NCBI GenBank assembly: GCA_965277285.1 | Contig: OZ255721.1 | Location: 2,016,001 to 2,080,000, forward strand | DNA: 64,000 nt | Source of the DNA: Abditibacteriaceae bacterium | Lineage (GTDB): Bacteria > Armatimonadota > Abditibacteriia > Abditibacteriales > Abditibacteriaceae | Reading direction: 5' to 3' | In this document: positions 9,604 through 18,729 of the stretch, one piece after another | Layout: the number at the start of each line of letters is the position of its first letter | How positions within the stretch are numbered: the first letter of the stretch is position 1 | Program-made: the position numbers and the translations under genes | Notes under the pieces: generated by a model | What the model was told of the DNA's origin: nothing | The model's input: only the letters and a program-made list of their open reading frames with translations | The model's database searches: none

Positions 9604-10800
9604 TCAAGTGCTGGCATTTTGATGTGCCTCAATCGTGGCGCGATAAAGTTCGAGAAGTGCATCGGCGCTGTGATGCTGCGAAAGAGATGGAGAAAGTTCG
9701 CGCGCTTTTTGGCCCATCGAAGCGCGCAATTGAGGATTGGAAAGCAGGTTGCAAACGGCGTCGCGGAAAGCGGCTTCTTGCGGCGAAACGACGATTCCGT
9801 TGACGCCGTTGGTGATGGCTTCGGCTGCGCCCATCGCGCCGACGACGACGCACGGCAAACCCGCCGCGAGAGCTTCAGCGGTTGAAACGCCCTGTGTTTC
9901 TGTCCGCGATGCGAAGACGAACAGGTCGCTGGCGGCGTAATAATCGGGCGTTTTTTCGGGTTCGACAAAGCCGGTAAAAAGTGTTTTATCGGCGATGCCC
10001 AGAGCGTGCGCGGTTTCTCGCATGGCGTCAATATCGGCGCCGTTGCCGACCATCACGAGGCGCGTTCGAGTACTCGATTGGCGTAGAATCGGCGCCAAGC
10101 TGCGCATTAGAAACTCGAGGTTTTTTTCGCGCACAATGCGCCCGACATACAACATCACGACTTCGTCATCAGCGATTTTTAATTGTTGTCGAAGGCCGTT
10201 TCGATTGCCTTTGGCAAAGCGCGCGACATCAATTCCCGTTGGCACAATGCTGCGCGGAATGTCGGGCGCCAGGCGCGCCACAACTTGCGCGACGGGACGA
10301 CTGGGCGCGATGATGTGATTGCATAAGTGACAATATTGGCGCACCCACCACACGATGTAAGAACGCGTCCACGCGCTGGGAGCCGGAACATAATGCAAGT
10401 AGCGATGGTAAAGCGTGTGAAAAGTAAAAACGATGGGAACTTTGTTGCTGCGCGACCAACGTGCGCCGACAGTGCCAATCGTGAACGGCGAATGCGAATG
10501 CACGATGTCATATTTGGCGCGACGAAAACGAAGGCCAGTGCGCACATTGGCGCGCGTCAAAAGCGGCCACGCAACGGGAAAATCTTTGGCCAGGAACCAG
10601 TGACCGGCGGCGAAGCGAATCACGTTTGGATCGTGTTCTTCGTAGCCTGTGTAGCGCGGCGCATAAATCGTGACGCGATGGCCGCGCGCGCGAAGTTCCT
10701 GCGCTGTAGTTTCGACGCTGACGGCGACACCGCTGCACGTCGGCTTATAAGCGTCACAAAAAAACGCGATGTTGAGAGGACGGGAAAGGTCTTGTGGCAC
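9604..10800 (-). CDS. GT4 (GT-B) glycosyltransferase, diacylglycerol glucosyltransferase-like
   Basis: DAYKPTCSGVAVS, HSHSPF, FTFHTLY, FASRTETQG, EALAAGLP. Confidence 0.88.
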   Translation of the reverse strand: MPQDLSRPLNIAFFCDAYKPTCSGVAVSVETTAQELRARGHRVTIYAPRYTGYEEHDPNVIRFAAGHWFLAKDFPVAWPLLTRANVRTGLRFRRAKYDIVHSHSPFTIGTVGARWSRSNKVPIVFTFHTLYHRYLHYVPAPSAWTRSYIVWWVRQYCHLCNHIIAPSRPVAQVVARLAPDIPRSIVPTGIDVARFAKGNRNGLRQQLKIADDEVVMLYVGRIVREKNLEFLMRSLAPILRQSSTRTRLVMVGNGADIDAMRETAHALGIADKTLFTGFVEPEKTPDYYAASDLFVFASRTETQGVSTAEALAAGLPCVVVGAMGAAEAITNGVNGIVVSPQEAAFRDAVCNLLSNPQLRASMGQKARELSPSLSQHHSADALLELYRATIEAHQNAST

Positions 10801-10832
10801 AATGAAGAAAGAATCGAGTACTGGAATTATGT

Positions 10833-10919
10833 AACGACCCCGAAGCGTAAACGACGGGCTTAACCTTTAAGCGTAATGTCGCTTTACGTTAAGCCCGTCG
10901 CTTACGCTTCGGGTTCGTT
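10833..10919. repeat. Inverted repeat of the AACCCGAAGCG(T)NAGCGACGGGCTT family
   Basis: Arms at about 10833-10864 and 10888-10919; further copies at 12500-12570, 27535-27645 and 45032-45128. Confidence 0.85.
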
Positions 10920-11285
10920 GAGCGTTTCTTTAATTTCCAACTTATCGCCGATTTGAACGCCGCAACGCGCGACACTTCCGACGAACATTTCGAGTGCGGA
11001 ATGAGGTTTTCCCGCGTTGTTTTTGGCGACATACATCTGGCGCGGCGCGATGTTGTGGCGGATGTCGGTGACGACCATGTCTTTGGTGACAAAAACCACA
11101 TCCAGCGAAAACTTCATGCCGAACATATGAATCGACGGACACGGAACGATCAGCATTCCTTCGTCTTCGCCCAAACTTTGGCGCCCCGACAAACCGCGCA
11201 TTCGCGTAATTAAACCGTCTGCGATTTGACAACGTTCGCAAACAATGTTCTGGCGTGTTGTGTTGAAGATGTGCGCGGTTTTCAT
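10902..11285 (-). CDS. DUF192 family protein
   Basis: IADGLITRMRGL, EGMLI, SIHMFGMKFSLDVVF, ALE motifs. Confidence 0.85.
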   Translation of the reverse strand: MKTAHIFNTTRQNIVCERCQIADGLITRMRGLSGRQSLGEDEGMLIVPCPSIHMFGMKFSLDVVFVTKDMVVTDIRHNIAPRQMYVAKNNAGKPHSALEMFVGSVARCGVQIGDKLEIKETLNEPEA

Positions 11286-11315
11286 TTCGTGAGTATTTAT
11301 TGCGGGAATTCTCTT

Positions 11316-11795
11316 CTAATTGTGCTTTTTAGTGCTTTTACGTTTCTGAAGAAGGTATTTCATCAAGGTCTCGTTGTACGGCTCCATGTAAAGGCGCGCC
11401 ACCTTTTGCAATCTATCAGATAAGTCTTCGGTTAGAACATCGTTAGAACCCTTCAGCATTTTGATACCGGCACTGCGCCTCAGCACATAACGCATTTTCT
11501 TTTCCGAAACGCCCGGCAAATACAAACCGACGCCATTGTATCCAACAAAACGCGTATCACCTTTGCGGAGATCTGTGCGCAAATCAACCATCGGGTTAGC
11601 TTTTTCCAAGATGCTTAATGATTGGCTAAGGGCGAGAAGCCGCTCCTTTTGAGATGAATAAGAGTCAACTTGGCGCTCGCCTATCCACTGAGCTTTAGCC
11701 GTTTGTTGCACTGCCGTTGTTACTATCATCAACAAAATAGGTAAAAAGAAAGCAGCGATTCTTCTACATAAAGCGGACTTCAAAGTTTTTGTCAT
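11316..11795 (-). CDS. Hypothetical exported protein
   Basis: Signal-peptide-like N-terminus ending AKA-Q; AAGGAAG RBS before ATG at 11795. Confidence 0.6.
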   Translation of the reverse strand: MTKTLKSALCRRIAAFFLPILLMIVTTAVQQTAKAQWIGERQVDSYSSQKERLLALSQSLSILEKANPMVDLRTDLRKGDTRFVGYNGVGLYLPGVSEKKMRYVLRRSAGIKMLKGSNDVLTEDLSDRLQKVARLYMEPYNETLMKYLLQKRKSTKKHN

Positions 11796-11802
11796 TTCTT
11801 CC

Positions 11803-12420
11803 TTACCGCACATAAAACTCGTCGCCGCCTGCATCCAAGTCGCAGCCAGGTGGAAGTTCGCCGGTTTCTTTGAGGTGTTCGTTGAGCGGCGTTTTCAAAA
11901 CTGATTCTCGGACTTTGACGGCTTCGGGCAAATTGTCGCGGCACCAATCGAGTACGCGATCTTCGTCCTGAATTTGAATAATCGGGCGTTTGCTGCGAAA
12001 ACCCAGCGTTCCATCAGGCAGTCTGAGCGTTTTTCGACCACCGTTGTTTTCGGCTGTCCATGCTTCGAGTTCAGCTCCGAAACGTTCCAGGAAAAACTTT
12101 TCTTCGCGCGCTGCGGCGGCGAGTTCGGCTTGCGCCCAATCTTTGATGTGCTGCTGGCGCGCCCGAGCTTCGACGATTTTGCGGACGACCCAACTGGCAT
12201 CGCTGGCATCTCGAATGACGAAATTGTGCTTGTCTGGCGGCAACAATTCGCCCGCTAACTCTTCCTCGTCTTCCGCTATTGGCGCGACGATTTCATCGTC
12301 TTGTGGCGCGCTATTTCGCGGCGCGACAGCGGTCGTTTTTCGCTCTTGGAAGGAACGAAACGTTGGGCGCGCTTCGTCAGCAAAAGGATCGTCGTCCCAC
12401 AAATCTTCGGGCGTGCTCAT
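11803..12420 (-). CDS. Mu Gam-like host-nuclease inhibitor family protein
   Basis: FVIRD..A.WVVRKI, a coiled coil, KTLRLPDGTLGFRS and ETGELPPG resemble Gam-family proteins. Confidence 0.72.
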   Translation of the reverse strand: MSTPEDLWDDDPFADEARPTFRSFQERKTTAVAPRNSAPQDDEIVAPIAEDEEELAGELLPPDKHNFVIRDASDASWVVRKIVEARARQQHIKDWAQAELAAAAREEKFFLERFGAELEAWTAENNGGRKTLRLPDGTLGFRSKRPIIQIQDEDRVLDWCRDNLPEAVKVRESVLKTPLNEHLKETGELPPGCDLDAGGDEFYVR

Positions 12421-12463
12421 GGCATTCATTTTAACGAACTTCGAGTACTCGAAACCTGAAAAC

Positions 12464-12496
12464 AAAAAGCGAACACGCTAAATGTGTTCGCTTTTT
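12464..12496. terminator. Bidirectional intrinsic terminator-like hairpin
   Basis: AAAAAGCGAACAC-loop-GTGTTCGCTTTTT. Confidence 0.65.
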
Positions 12497-12499
12497 CAA

Positions 12500-12570
12500 C
12501 AGAACCCCAAGCGTGAGCACGGGGCTGAAGTTATAGTTACGTCAGCCCCGTGCTCACGCTTGGGGTTCTG
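12500..12570. repeat. Inverted repeat, variant of the AACCCGAAGCG family
   Basis: CAGAACCCCAAGCGTGAGCACGGGGCTGA ... TCAGCCCCGTGCTCACGCTTGGGGTTCTG. Confidence 0.8.
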
Positions 12571-12582
12571 AAAAGATGTCAT

Positions 12583-12957
12583 TCAATCGAACAGCGATTC
12601 TTCTTCGGGTTCGCCCCACGCGCGCAAATCGCCGTCATCAATGCAGGCGTGCGAAGATTGCATCTTCAAAAAGTTGTCGGAAAAACGCGAGCCGTCCGCG
12701 AAACTTAGCCAGTGCGCGCGTTCGCTTTCCGGCATTTTTTGCTGCAATTGGATCAACGAAACGTGAACGGTTTTTTCGTCCGGCGCGATACCGAAATCAA
12801 GCGACCACGAACTCGCCTTGACGCGCCCAACGGTGCGCGTGCGCTTCACTTCAACGCCTTTTTGCAGGTACGCATTGAGAACTGCGGCATCGAAAACGAT
12901 TTGCGCCAGGCCGAAATCGTTCAGTGCTTTTTTATAGAAAGTGGCTGTTGTGCTCAT
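12583..12957 (-). CDS. Hypothetical protein
   Basis: Clean 124 aa ORF with globular composition, downstream of the sulfurtransferase. Confidence 0.65.
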   Translation of the reverse strand: MSTTATFYKKALNDFGLAQIVFDAAVLNAYLQKGVEVKRTRTVGRVKASSWSLDFGIAPDEKTVHVSLIQLQQKMPESERAHWLSFADGSRFSDNFLKMQSSHACIDDGDLRAWGEPEEESLFD

Positions 12958-13120
12958 AAGAAATCAAAATCAATGCGCCGCGCCAATCGAGTACTCAATT
13001 GACGCGGCGCTCATATTGGAGTGGGTTTGTAGGGGCGAGGTTTCCTCGTCCGTTCGTGCAAGTTCGGACAAGCGGGCTAGGTCGCCTCGCCCCTACGGAC
13101 GCGTTTCGCCGAACTTTTGG

Positions 13121-13975
13121 TTACGGCTTTTCAATCGGCACGCCGACCATCGAGCCGTATTCCGTCCAGCTTCCGTCGTAGTTTTTGCAGTTGCCAAAGC
13201 CCAGCAAATAGTGCAGCACGAACCACGTATGGCTCGATCGCTCACCGATGCGGCAATAAGCGATAACCGGCTTCGAGTTGTCGATGCCTTTGGCGCCATA
13301 CAAAGTGCGCAAGGCGTCGGCATCCTTGAACGTGCCATCTTCGTTCACGGCTTGCGCCCACGGAATGTTCTTCGCGCCCGGAACGTGCCCGCCGCGCTGC
13401 GCGGTTTCGGTCATGCCCGGCGGCGCGATCACTTCGCCAGTAAATTCGGCAGGAGAACGCACATCGACCAGGTTGTAGCCCGTTTTTTCGATGTTGGCGA
13501 CGACTTCGGTCACGTTCGAGCGCAAGCTCAAATCGGCGTCTTTGGCGTAATACGCGGCGGCTTGCGGATGCTCTTCCTGCGTCGTCAATTCGCCGTTGAT
13601 GGCGAGCCATTTCTTGCGTCCGCCGTCCATCAGCCGCACATCTTCGTGGCCGTAAATCTTCAAAATCCAGAAGGCAAAGGCTGCAAACCAGTTATTGTTG
13701 TCGCCATACAAAATGATGGTGTCGCTGTTGCTGATGCCGCTTTCACCCAGCAATTTTTCGAGCTGCGCTTTCGACGGAATATCGCGGCGAATGTTATCGT
13801 TGAGCTGTGATGTCCAGTTCCACGCGACCGCGCCCGGAATGTGACCTTCTTCGTAGGCGTTGGTGTCGACATCGACTTCAACCAGTTTGACGTTAGCGTC
13901 TTTGCGATGCGCTTCGACCCAATCGGCGTCCACCAAAACGGTGGCGTCCACGTAACCTTTTTCGGCAACTGCCAT
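13121..13975 (-). CDS. Thiosulfate sulfurtransferase (tandem rhodanese, CysA/SseA type)
   Basis: GHIPGA, DGGRKKW, DVRSPAEFTGE, active site YCRIGERSS, NYDGSWTEY. Confidence 0.95.
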   Translation of the reverse strand: MAVAEKGYVDATVLVDADWVEAHRKDANVKLVEVDVDTNAYEEGHIPGAVAWNWTSQLNDNIRRDIPSKAQLEKLLGESGISNSDTIILYGDNNNWFAAFAFWILKIYGHEDVRLMDGGRKKWLAINGELTTQEEHPQAAAYYAKDADLSLRSNVTEVVANIEKTGYNLVDVRSPAEFTGEVIAPPGMTETAQRGGHVPGAKNIPWAQAVNEDGTFKDADALRTLYGAKGIDNSKPVIAYCRIGERSSHTWFVLHYLLGFGNCKNYDGSWTEYGSMVGVPIEKP

Positions 13976-14223
13976 GATCTTTGTCCTCGCTTTTCAGTTG
14001 TTGACGTTCTTCAGTGCATCGGCAATTATAGCGCGACTTTTCACCTCGCGCAACCAAACCCTACCCACGCGATAGAGTTTGTACGTTCGAGTACTCGATT
14101 GGTTACAAAAACGTTGACGCAGCGACACTGGCGCAATGATTGCAATGTGCAGCGCCTCGCTTTCTGGTATTGAACTCGATCCCCAACGCGACGTTGTAAG
14201 CCGCTGTCTCTGGAGGAATATTT

Positions 14224-15441
14224 ATGAACACCAAACACCGCCGTTCTTCGTTATTTGCGCCATTCGCCGCAGGAATCTTCGCATTTGCATTGACCAACGT
14301 TCAACCGGCGCGCGCCGATGTTTCGGTGCAGCAAGAAATTCAGATGGGTCAGCAAGTCGCGGCTGAGGCGCCAAAACAATATGGCCCCGCGTTGCCGTAC
14401 AACAACCCGATTTCGCGTCGTGTGCGCATGATCGGAATGCAAATCGCGGCATTGTCGGAGCGAAAAAACATTCCGTTTTCTTATACAGTTTTGCAGAACG
14501 ACAAGATTTTGAACGCTTTCTCTGCACCTGGCGGCCCGGTTTTCGTGACCACAAAGTTGGTTTCCACGACGTCCAACGATGCGGAACTGGCGTATGTTTT
14601 GGGACATGAAACCGGTCACATTGACCGCCGCCACGTTGTGAAACAGTTGCAAAAACAGCAGCAGTTGGGCATCTTTGGCGCGATTGCGGGCGCTTTGTTC
14701 GGTCGCGCCGGACAAATCGGCGGCAGTCTTTTCGGGTCTTTGGAAAACCTCAAGTTTTCGCGCGCCGATGAAAATCAGGCGGATGCGGTCGGCGTTCGTT
14801 TTATGAGCCGCCTGGGTTACGACCCGCGCGCCGCCTTGACGATGCTGGCCAAACTGGGCAACGGCGGCGGCCCCGAGTTTTTGTCCGATCATCCGGCGAC
14901 CAATTCGCGCATTCAAACCGTGCGCCAATTGATTCAAAACGAAAACTTGGTCGAAGTCGCGCGCCGCGCCGGTGGTCCTCGACTTTCCGCTAATCTCGAT
15001 TATGGTTCGGGCAACTCTTATCCAGGTTCGAGCAGTTCAACCAACAACTCGTATCCCAACAATTCTGGCAACACGCAAAGTGGATCAATTGACTTGGGCG
15101 CGCCGTTGCGCACGAACTACAATCCGCAGACCAACAAAAACGTCGTGATGGCGCCGGTTCAAGGTTTCGCAAGCTGGGCGGGCGCACAGGTTTCCACTTC
15201 CGGCAACGCGATTGTGTTTCAAGGCAACAACGGCACACTGCGCCTTTATCGCAATTCGGATGTCGCCGATTTGAACGGCCAGCGCATTCAACTTCCCGTG
15301 CGAACGATGACTTCCAACGGCGTTTTCTACGCGCCGATGCGCACTTTGGCGAACGCGGCGGGCGCCACGGCGACCATTCAAGGCAACAACGTTTCGCTGC
15401 AAATGCCCGGTCAGCAAAGCGGAACTTTACCGCTTCCGTGA
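14224..15441 (+). CDS. Exported M48-family metalloprotease with C-terminal copper-amine-oxidase-N-like (stalk) domain
   Basis: Signal peptide, NAFSAPGG, HETGH (HExxH), FSRADENQAD, LSDHP; C-terminal YAPMRTLANAAGA. Confidence 0.88.
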   Translation: MNTKHRRSSLFAPFAAGIFAFALTNVQPARADVSVQQEIQMGQQVAAEAPKQYGPALPYNNPISRRVRMIGMQIAALSERKNIPFSYTVLQNDKILNAFSAPGGPVFVTTKLVSTTSNDAELAYVLGHETGHIDRRHVVKQLQKQQQLGIFGAIAGALFGRAGQIGGSLFGSLENLKFSRADENQADAVGVRFMSRLGYDPRAALTMLAKLGNGGGPEFLSDHPATNSRIQTVRQLIQNENLVEVARRAGGPRLSANLDYGSGNSYPGSSSSTNNSYPNNSGNTQSGSIDLGAPLRTNYNPQTNKNVVMAPVQGFASWAGAQVSTSGNAIVFQGNNGTLRLYRNSDVADLNGQRIQLPVRTMTSNGVFYAPMRTLANAAGATATIQGNNVSLQMPGQQSGTLPLP

Positions 15442-15459
15442 ATCGAGTACGCGATTGTT

Positions 15460-15494
15460 AAAAAAAGCCTGCAACGATTTTGTTGCAGGCTTTT
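15460..15494 (+). terminator. Intrinsic terminator
   Basis: AAAAGCCTGCAAC-loop-GTTGCAGGCTTTT after the M48 stop. Confidence 0.75.
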
Positions 15495-15507
15495 CGTTTG
15501 TCAAGGT

Positions 15508-15536
15508 TTGACAAGGCGCGGCGTCCGCGTTATAGT
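15508..15536 (+). promoter_or_regulatory. Sigma70-type promoter for the riboswitch-btuB unit
   Basis: TTGACA (15508-15513), 17 bp spacer, TATAGT (15531-15536). Confidence 0.8.
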
Positions 15537-15553
15537 TGCTGGACAATTTGGCG

Positions 15554-15741
15554 CAAATGGTATGAAATGATTTTTCGCTTGAAACTTCATTTCGGGAAGA
15601 CCGAGACAATTCGAGTACTCGATTGTTGAAGGCACGGCCCCGCCACTGTAATCGCGGACGACGCTCACCATGTCACTGGACTGAAAACAGTCTGGGAAGA
15701 CGAGCGAAGGATGAAGCGAAAGTCAGGAGACCGACCATTTG
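15554..15741 (+). ncRNA. Cobalamin riboswitch
   Basis: P1 CAAATGGT/ACCATTTG, GGGAA, GCCCCGCCACTGTAA, CACTGG..CTGGGAAG, B12 box AGTCAGGAGACC; upstream of btuB and pduO. Confidence 0.92.
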
Positions 15742-15915
15742 ACGCGAACACACACGCTCTTCGAGGGAAAGGGGTGAAGCGAATGTCTTCGTGACAGCGC
15801 GCGTTTTCGCCTGCCTTTCTCAAGGTTCACCCGAAAAGCGCGACGTTGCTTGTCTTCATTCCGTTTTCACCCTGGCTCACGTTGAGTCGGGATTTTTGTT
15901 TTTTCGAGGAAACGA

Positions 15916-17856
15916 ATGAAGAAAACGCTTATCGTCGCACCGCTTTTATTTTGCGCCGCAAATATCGCGCACGCGCAATCGAGTACTGGAAACACAACTT
16001 CAGACGCCACAACGAACACAGCACCAAACGCAGCGCCAAGTGCGACATCAACCGCAACGGCGGATGCAACCGCTTCCGCATCTCCGACGCCTGCCGAAAC
16101 CGTGATTGTCGTGACGGCGACGCGCACAACGCGCACGCTCGCGCAGACGACTTCGGCAGTCACCGTGATTACTCGCCAGCAAATTGAGGCGAAGAAGCCG
16201 CTCGATTTAGTGGACGCAATTCGCCTGGCGCCTGGCGTTTCGATTTCGCAAAGCGGCACGCAGGGCAAAACCGCTTCGATTTTCATGCGTGGCACCAATT
16301 CCAATCAAACGCTGGTTTTGATTGACGGCGTGCGCGCCAATTCTCCCGCCGACGGACGTTTCGATTTCGGCACGATTCCCGTCGAAAACATCGAGCGCAT
16401 CGAAATTGTGCGCGGCCCGCAAAGCGCGCTTTACGGTTCGGATGCGCTGGGCGGCGTCATCAATATCATCACGCGCAAAGGAACCGGCGACTTTCAAAGC
16501 GGCGCACGCCTGGAACTGGGTTCGCAGCGCACCAACAAACAAGTCGTCACGGCACATGGCGATGCGGGAAATGGAACGGGCGTTAGTTTTTCGCTAACGC
16601 GATTGGACACGCGCGGCTTTTTCAAAAACGACGATTACCGCAATCTGGGCGCGTCGCTGCGGCTGGATAAAGCGTTGACAACGAACTCCAACCTCAGTTT
16701 CACGCTGCGCACGGATGACGCGAAAACCGGCACGCCAGGACAGATCTACTTCAACTTCGACCCCAATGCGCGCACCGATTCGCGCGATCTGGAAAGCAGC
16801 CTGCAGTTCAATAATCGCAGCGGCAATCGCACCGACCGCGTCATTTTGGGCGCTTATGATCGTCACGTCGACTTCAACGATCCGCTGAATCCAGGACAGC
16901 CGTTTTCGACTTTCACCGATTCGCGCAATCGCAGCCGTGTCCTCACTTTGGATGCGCAAAGTTCGTTCGCTCAAGGCGCGCAAACCCTCACTTTCGGCGG
17001 CGAATTGCGGCGCGAAAACGCCAGCGTCAACTCAACTTCCACGTATGGCCCAACTGATTTTTCGCGCGCCACGAACACGCAGGCGCTTTTCGCGCAGGAC
17101 GAATATCGTCGCGGCGCTTTCGCTTTGGTGTCCGGCTTGCGCTATGAAAACAACTCGCAATTTGGCAACAATCTCAGCGGGCGTTTGTCGGGTTCTTACG
17201 ATTTGAACGCGCGCACCAAACTCAAAGCCTCGATTGGAACCGGTTTCAAGGCGCCCAGTTTCAACGATTTGTATTATCCAAATTATGGAAACCCGAACTT
17301 GCAGCCGGAGAAAAGTGTCGGCGGCGATCTGGGAATCGAGTACTCGACAACGCGCGGCGGCAGCCTGGAAGTGACGGCGTTTTACAATCGCCTGCGCAAC
17401 CTGATTACCGGCGTTTTCATTCCGCCGACGACCTTTGAAGCGGGCAACGTTGGGCGCGCCACCACGCAGGGAATCGAAATCGGTTTGCGCCAGCCGTTCG
17501 CCCAAAACTGGACTTTCGCGCTCAATCAAACGTTTCTCGATACGTCGTCCGCCATGCCGTTGTTGCGTCGTCCGAAGTTCAACACGACAGCCGATGTGAT
17601 TTATCGCAAGGACAAAATCAACTTCGATTTCGGCCTGATCGCGCAAGGTCATCGCTACGATATTTCGCCCACTTACGCGACGCAGCAATACGGCGGCTAC
17701 GCGCGCTTCGACCTGACAGCGGGCTACAGCATTCGTCCCCAAACGCAGATTTACGTGCGCGCACAAAACCTCTTCAATCGGCGTTATGAAGAAGTGGCGG
17801 GCTTTCCTTCGCCGCGCTTCAACTTCGTCATCGGCCTGCAAACCGGCGTGTTTTAG
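15916..17856 (+). CDS. btuB: TonB-dependent cobalamin receptor
   Basis: TonB box region VVTATR, plug FMRG..LVLIDG..IERIEIVRGPQSALYGSDALGGVINIIT, terminal F; preceded by a B12 riboswitch. Confidence 0.88.
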   Translation: MKKTLIVAPLLFCAANIAHAQSSTGNTTSDATTNTAPNAAPSATSTATADATASASPTPAETVIVVTATRTTRTLAQTTSAVTVITRQQIEAKKPLDLVDAIRLAPGVSISQSGTQGKTASIFMRGTNSNQTLVLIDGVRANSPADGRFDFGTIPVENIERIEIVRGPQSALYGSDALGGVINIITRKGTGDFQSGARLELGSQRTNKQVVTAHGDAGNGTGVSFSLTRLDTRGFFKNDDYRNLGASLRLDKALTTNSNLSFTLRTDDAKTGTPGQIYFNFDPNARTDSRDLESSLQFNNRSGNRTDRVILGAYDRHVDFNDPLNPGQPFSTFTDSRNRSRVLTLDAQSSFAQGAQTLTFGGELRRENASVNSTSTYGPTDFSRATNTQALFAQDEYRRGAFALVSGLRYENNSQFGNNLSGRLSGSYDLNARTKLKASIGTGFKAPSFNDLYYPNYGNPNLQPEKSVGGDLGIEYSTTRGGSLEVTAFYNRLRNLITGVFIPPTTFEAGNVGRATTQGIEIGLRQPFAQNWTFALNQTFLDTSSAMPLLRRPKFNTTADVIYRKDKINFDFGLIAQGHRYDISPTYATQQYGGYARFDLTAGYSIRPQTQIYVRAQNLFNRRYEEVAGFPSPRFNFVIGLQTGVF

Positions 17857-17886
17857 TCCGTCGGCAGGAATCAGTTCGAGTAGTCG

Positions 17887-17974
17887 AAACTAAAAGTTTG
17901 TCATTCTGAGCGAAACGAAGAATCTAACTTTAGGCCAGATTCTTCGCTGCGCTCAGAATGACAAACTTTAGTTT
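17887..17974. repeat. GTCATTCTGAGCG..GAAGAATCT REP-like inverted pair
   Basis: TTTGTCATTCTGAGCGAAACGAAGAATCT ... AGATTCTTCGCTGCGCTCAGAATGACAAA; a second copy lies at about 56876-56963. Confidence 0.85.
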
Positions 17975-18004
17975 TGGGCGTAAATCAAGATTTCAAGGAA
18001 ACTT

Positions 18005-18625
18005 ATGAGCATTGCGACCAAACAAGGCGACGGCGGCATGACGCGCTTGATTTATGGCGAGCGCGTTTCCAAAGCCGCTTTGCAAGTCGAAGCCTACGGC
18101 ACAATCGACGAATTGAACGCGTTTTTAGGTTTGGCGCGTTCTCTGTGCGATGACGAATGGATCAATCGAGTACTCGAACGCGTGCAGCGCGAAACCTTTG
18201 TCGTGGGCGCCGAACTCGCCACGCCCGCCGAAAAACTGTACAAACTTCAGGCGCGCGTCGATGGCGCGATGATTAAGGCGCTTGACGATCACGTTCAGGA
18301 AATCGAAGCTTTGCCCAATGTTCTGGGCGATTGGGCTTTGCCTGGCGCGACGCAAGCCGGCGCTGCTCTGGACGTGGCGCGCGTCGTTTGTCGTCGGGCG
18401 GAACGCTGCGCCGTGCGCTTGAGCGAAAACGGCGAACTTCCCAACAGCGAAGTCGTGCGCTATCTCAACCGCTTGTCCGATGTTTTGTGGCTGCTCGGTC
18501 GCCGCTACGAAATCGCGCGCGACGTAAATGGCGCCTTGCGTCCAGAAAAAGCCACTCGCAAATCGAGCGATGCGGCTTCGACCGACGCTCACAAAGAAAG
18601 TGCTCCGGGTTCAAACGAAGACTGA
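18005..18625 (+). CDS. pduO: PduO-type ATP:cob(I)alamin adenosyltransferase
   Basis: TKQGDGG.T, AYGTIDELN, RVVCRRAER, YLNRLSD. Confidence 0.92.
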   Translation: MSIATKQGDGGMTRLIYGERVSKAALQVEAYGTIDELNAFLGLARSLCDDEWINRVLERVQRETFVVGAELATPAEKLYKLQARVDGAMIKALDDHVQEIEALPNVLGDWALPGATQAGAALDVARVVCRRAERCAVRLSENGELPNSEVVRYLNRLSDVLWLLGRRYEIARDVNGALRPEKATRKSSDAASTDAHKESAPGSNED

Positions 18626-18729
18626 CTTTCGAGTACTCGATTGTGACGCTCTAAAGATTCGGCGTGCCGGAAAGCGCTCATCTTTTTATACTCAGCGGCA
18701 ACCTTCTCGAATTCTCTGTTGGGAGCGAT

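Noticed and set aside
11316..12957. Prophage around the Gam-like gene
   Set aside because: No structural, integrase, replication or lysis genes are present.
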